Positions 60,033 through 64,000 of a DNA stretch of 64,000 nt are shown here, in pieces. Where the stretch lies: IMG/VR virus record IMGVR_UViG_3300032665_001045, positions 3,519-67,518 of that record. One strand, written 5' to 3'. The notes beneath the pieces are model-generated. The model was not told the DNA's origin. It saw nothing but the letters and a program-made list of their open reading frames with translations, and did not search any database. The DNA comes from a virus. The translations under genes and the position numbers were made by a program. Within the stretch, counting starts at the first letter, position 1; every line of letters begins with the position of its first letter.

Positions 60033-62879
60033 ATGACAATATCCACTGGCCAACAGGTTGATTATTTATGGAAAAAGATAGGATACGGTGCTGCTAAAAC
60101 CGATATACCTACAGTACTTGATGCAACTAACGAACCATTTGCAAGTCCGTTACAAATTCGTGCTGATAAAATTTTACAACAATCAGGATCAATTCCTAAT
60201 GTTATCCCTGTAAGCAATACCAGTGTAGTTAGTGTATATACAACCAGTGCACCAGTACAATGTATTGCTGATACAGGAGCAAGCACTAACAGGTCATGGG
60301 AAACAGGATTGTCTTTCTGGATACCTCCTGAGTTTGGGTCAACATATCAAGTTAAGGTTTATATTAGTCCTACTGGTCAACCCGGCAATGTGCTTTCAAA
60401 AGGAACACAGATATTTGCTACAGGATCAGGTAACAGCGATGAATGGTTCTTTGATTATCAAGCAGGTATCTTAAACTTTATTGGTACTAACTTACCAAGT
60501 GTAAGTTTTACAGGTAACAGTGTTTATGTAAGTGGTGCAGTTTATTCTGGTGCATTCGGGTTTCCAGTTGTTCCTAGCTTAGGCAATATTACGATTGCTG
60601 GCGATGTTATTAGTACATCAGATCCATCGGGTAATATTTTTATCAATTCTACCGGTAATGGTATAGTACAAGTATCTGGTTCAAGCGCAGTAGGTATACC
60701 TTATGGTAACTCAATTGTACGTCCATCAAATCCACAAATTGGGTTTACTCGTTTCAACACCGATATTGGTGAACTTGAATCATGGAATGGAAATGCATGG
60801 GTAACTCCTAATCAAGCTACAATTAGTTCGGATGTAATCTCTCCTAACGGAACAAGTAATGTTTATACATTGAGTTCATCTGCAACTACTGATGGTGTAT
60901 TAGTTAGTATTAACGGTACATTACAACAACCATATGTTTCTTACACAGTTTCTAATAATGCTATTACATTTAGTGAAGTTCCGTTATCTACAGATTCAAT
61001 CGAAGTTCGACACATTGCAGTAGGCGCAGTTTCTGTTTCGTCTGTACGTTATGGTGTAACACAAGTAGTTTTAGATACTGCCAATGTAAATGTTACAGGT
61101 AATTTATTGCCAAGTGCAAATGTTACCTATTCTGTCGGTAGTCCAACATTAGAATGGACATCAGGATATTTTAATACATTAAACACATCAGGTGCAATGG
61201 TAGTTGGTGGCAACTTAACAGTGTTAGGAACAACTACTGCGGTTAACACAGAAATTATTAATCAAAGCGAAATAATTGCAGGCAATTTAAGTGCAGGCAA
61301 TGTAAATTCAAATACTTTTATTGGCGGCACTTTAAATGCAGTTACTATTGGTAACACAGGAGCAACATTAACTGGTACATTAAGCACAGCAAGTCAGCCT
61401 AACATTACAACACTTGCTGGATTAACTAATATCGGTAACGGTGGAAGCATTGCAGTATCCGGAAACCTTAATGTATCGGGTGATATTAACTTTGCTGGTA
61501 ATGTAAATCAAATACAGATCACTGGCAATAGTGGACAGTTTTTTGGCAATGCACAAGGATTTGGTGCATTGTATGCAGGTATTGGTACTGGTTACACAAT
61601 TGAACCACAGACTATTATTCAACTATCCGCTAATTATAACGGTTATGCGCAGATTAATTTACAAAATACGAACCCTGGAAACGTTGCCAGTTCAGATATT
61701 GTTGCAACTGCTGATAACGGTAATACTAATGTTGGTTTTATTGACCTAGGTATAAACTCAAGTACGTACAATCAATCAGGATATGGATTAACTGGGCCGA
61801 ACGACGGTTATGTCTATGTAGTTGGCAACACTGGTATAAGTAGCGGTAATCTAGTATTGAGCACATACAACTCTAATGCTGATATTATATTCAGTTTAGG
61901 TGGTGGTGATACAGGTAATGAAATTGCTCGATTTAATAATGCAAGTAAAGCATTTAAAGTAATTGGTAACGTTATTGCGACTGGATATACCAACGTAGGT
62001 GCATTATATAGCCCGACTATTGGTAACACAGGTGCAACATTAACCGGTACAATACAAACAGCAAGTCAACCTAATATTACTGCACTTGGGACATTAGGTA
62101 ATTTAACTATAACAGGTAATATTACAGCAGGTAATATTATTGCTGGCGGAGTTAGACAAACTACAGCCAATGTTGCTCCAAGTAATCCAACAGTTGGTGA
62201 TCAGTGGTACGACACCAGCACAGACATTTTATTTAAATTTACTTCTGATGGTACTAACTATGTTTGGGTAGATATCAGTTCAGTGGCGCTAAACACTAAC
62301 GTAGCAATAGCATCCTATACCCAAATATCTGCTTCAGGCAATGCCAGTGTGGGTACAAATCTGGCAGTTGGTAATACATTAACGGTTAATAGTAACGGTG
62401 CACCGGGTGCTATAATAAACGGTGGTACAAGTGGCGTAGGTAATATTGGTAGTTCTACAGGAACATTTAATATTATATTTGCTAAGTCAACGTCATCACA
62501 ATACGCTGACTTGGCAGAAAAATACCTAGCAGATTCTGACTATGAACCCGGTACAGTATTAGTATTCGGCGGTAGTAAAGAAGTTACTCAATCATATAAA
62601 GCATATGACACTGCAGTAGCCGGAGTTGTATCTACAAATCCAGCACATATAATGAATGACGGTATTGATGGGACAGCCGTAGCTCTATTAGGTCGTGTTC
62701 CATGTCAAGTACACGGTCCTATTAATCGAGGTGATTTATTAGTTACCAGTGATACACCTGGAGTGGCAGAACGTTTGGATGAAACACAGTGGCGTCCTGG
62801 TTGTGTAATAGGCAAGAGTCTAGAAACAATGCTAGAAAATAAAACAGCGATTATTGAAATCGTAGTAGGAAGAATCTAA
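60033..62879 (+). CDS. Tail fibre protein with C-terminal peptidase G2-type intramolecular chaperone
   Basis: TASQPNIT repeats; YADLAEKY...PGTVLVFGG...ALLGRVPCQVHG...GDLLVTS. Confidence 0.75.
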   Translation: MTISTGQQVDYLWKKIGYGAAKTDIPTVLDATNEPFASPLQIRADKILQQSGSIPNVIPVSNTSVVSVYTTSAPVQCIADTGASTNRSWETGLSFWIPPEFGSTYQVKVYISPTGQPGNVLSKGTQIFATGSGNSDEWFFDYQAGILNFIGTNLPSVSFTGNSVYVSGAVYSGAFGFPVVPSLGNITIAGDVISTSDPSGNIFINSTGNGIVQVSGSSAVGIPYGNSIVRPSNPQIGFTRFNTDIGELESWNGNAWVTPNQATISSDVISPNGTSNVYTLSSSATTDGVLVSINGTLQQPYVSYTVSNNAITFSEVPLSTDSIEVRHIAVGAVSVSSVRYGVTQVVLDTANVNVTGNLLPSANVTYSVGSPTLEWTSGYFNTLNTSGAMVVGGNLTVLGTTTAVNTEIINQSEIIAGNLSAGNVNSNTFIGGTLNAVTIGNTGATLTGTLSTASQPNITTLAGLTNIGNGGSIAVSGNLNVSGDINFAGNVNQIQITGNSGQFFGNAQGFGALYAGIGTGYTIEPQTIIQLSANYNGYAQINLQNTNPGNVASSDIVATADNGNTNVGFIDLGINSSTYNQSGYGLTGPNDGYVYVVGNTGISSGNLVLSTYNSNADIIFSLGGGDTGNEIARFNNASKAFKVIGNVIATGYTNVGALYSPTIGNTGATLTGTIQTASQPNITALGTLGNLTITGNITAGNIIAGGVRQTTANVAPSNPTVGDQWYDTSTDILFKFTSDGTNYVWVDISSVALNTNVAIASYTQISASGNASVGTNLAVGNTLTVNSNGAPGAIINGGTSGVGNIGSSTGTFNIIFAKSTSSQYADLAEKYLADSDYEPGTVLVFGGSKEVTQSYKAYDTAVAGVVSTNPAHIMNDGIDGTAVALLGRVPCQVHGPINRGDLLVTSDTPGVAERLDETQWRPGCVIGKSLETMLENKTAIIEIVVGRI

Positions 62880-62880
62880 T

Positions 62881-63915
62881 ATGGCATTTCCATCAAGCCC
62901 ATCAAACGGAACCCAAGCTACAGTAAACGGTATTACCTATGTTTACAATAGTACCAAAACAGCGTGGATACGTAACTCTACTACGGGTGCAAACTTAACA
63001 GCAAATAGTTTATCTATTACAGGAACCACAGTAGCAGTAAGCCCAACAAGCGGTGCGCTAATAGTTGCAGGCGGTGCTGGCGTGGCAGGTAATTTATATG
63101 TAGGTGGCGCATTATATGGTAACGTGGTTGGTATAGTTAATACCACAACCCTATCGTTGACTACATTAACAGCATCTACGGTTACAGCAAGTAGCGGAAT
63201 TACAGGTACACTGCAAACAGCCAGTCAACCTAATATTACTGCAGTCGGCACATTAGGTAGTTTAACTGTATCAGATAATGTTACTGCGGGAAATATTACT
63301 ACAACCGGCACAGTTAATGCAACAACATTAATCGGAGCAATATCGTCGAGTCAGGTTACATCAGCATTAGGATATACCCCATATAACGGAACAAGTAATC
63401 CCAACGGTTACTTATCTACTGCAGTAACATCAGCGACTGGTGGAACTGGAGTGTCAGTTTCGGCATCAACCGGATCTGTTACGTTTAGTATTGGTCAAGC
63501 AGTAGCTACAACATCTAATCCACAATTTAATAGTTTAGGTATAGGCACAGCAGCATCTACTAATGCTGGTGAAATTCGTGCTACGGCATCAATTACTGCA
63601 TACTATTCATCTGACAAACGTTTAAAAGAAAATATTGTAAATATCGTAAATCCATTGGCAAAACTACAACAACTTAACGGTGTTGAATATGACTGGACAG
63701 ACAAGTATATTGCAGATCACGGTGGCGAGGACGGTTACTTTGTACGCAAGCATGACGTAGGCTTAATTGCTCAAGAGGTTGAGGCAGTGTTGCCGGAAAT
63801 TGTTGCAGAGAATAATGAAGGTTATAAAGCCATTAAATACGAACGTGTAGTTGCGTTATTAGTAGAAGCTGTTAAAGAGCTATCAGCAGAAGTTGCACGA
63901 CTTAAAGGTGAATAA
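62881..63915 (+). CDS. Tail fibre protein with C-terminal peptidase S74 intramolecular chaperone
   Basis: SDKRLKENI...GVEYDW...GLIAQEVEAVLPEIV...YERVVALLVEAVKEL. Confidence 0.85.
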   Translation: MAFPSSPSNGTQATVNGITYVYNSTKTAWIRNSTTGANLTANSLSITGTTVAVSPTSGALIVAGGAGVAGNLYVGGALYGNVVGIVNTTTLSLTTLTASTVTASSGITGTLQTASQPNITAVGTLGSLTVSDNVTAGNITTTGTVNATTLIGAISSSQVTSALGYTPYNGTSNPNGYLSTAVTSATGGTGVSVSASTGSVTFSIGQAVATTSNPQFNSLGIGTAASTNAGEIRATASITAYYSSDKRLKENIVNIVNPLAKLQQLNGVEYDWTDKYIADHGGEDGYFVRKHDVGLIAQEVEAVLPEIVAENNEGYKAIKYERVVALLVEAVKELSAEVARLKGE

Positions 63916-64000
63916 TGTCGACAAAATTAAATAACGGATCTATTACGTTTGGCGATGGCACTACATTAAGCAGTGGAACAATACCGTTTTCATCAGTATC
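63915..64000 (+). CDS. Start of the next structural/fibre gene (partial)
   Basis: TAATG overlap; MSTKLNNGSITFGDGTTLSSGTIPFSSV, open to the edge. Confidence 0.6.
   Translation, partial: MSTKLNNGSITFGDGTTLSSGTIPFSSV

Noticed and set aside
7251-63146. Numerous 60-150 aa ORFs antisense or out of frame within structural genes
   Set aside because: Fully nested in well-supported genes, with no RBS or recognisable motifs; typical codon-bias shadows
1-64000. Genome-wide TAG reassignment (genetic code 15)
   Set aside because: All long genes, including the 4067-aa one, are intact in code 11, and TAG ends several genes at plausible C-termini; only one internal TAG was found
1-64000. CRISPR array, integrase/transposase, reverse transcriptase/DGR, inteins
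   Set aside because: No regularly spaced repeats or diagnostic motifs seen; gp46, gp47, gp20 and gp23 have ordinary lengths

Overview
The window comes from a large, AT-rich T4-superfamily myophage (probably an environmental jumbo phage) and covers most of its virion morphogenesis region. From left to right: (1) a minus-strand cluster of modification enzymes (two paralogous radical SAM proteins, a 2OG-Fe(II)-like oxygenase, three glycosyltransferase-like genes); (2) a minus-strand baseplate/fibre block (paralogous fibre-like genes, a 4067-aa wedge protein with an FG-GAP propeller, gp6, gp25, gp5, hub, gp53, tube initiator); (3) a plus-strand gp55-SGNH-gp47-gp46-radical SAM x2-Hc1-GIY-YIG operon, followed by about 450 nt of ORF-free, heavily base-paired sequence; (4) gp26/gp51-like genes diverging from a tape measure gene; (5) the head module gp20-gp21-gp22-gp23; (6) a small minus-strand sigma70-driven island with an amber (CUA) tRNA; (7) further structural and tail-fibre genes. 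The best leads are the large structured RNA with candidate pseudoknots directly behind the GIY-YIG nuclease, an atypical amber tRNA co-transcribed with a gene that has TAG at codon 3, and a likely -1 frameshift fusing the gp26- and gp51-like ORFs. All family calls come from motif recognition by eye; no database search was run.
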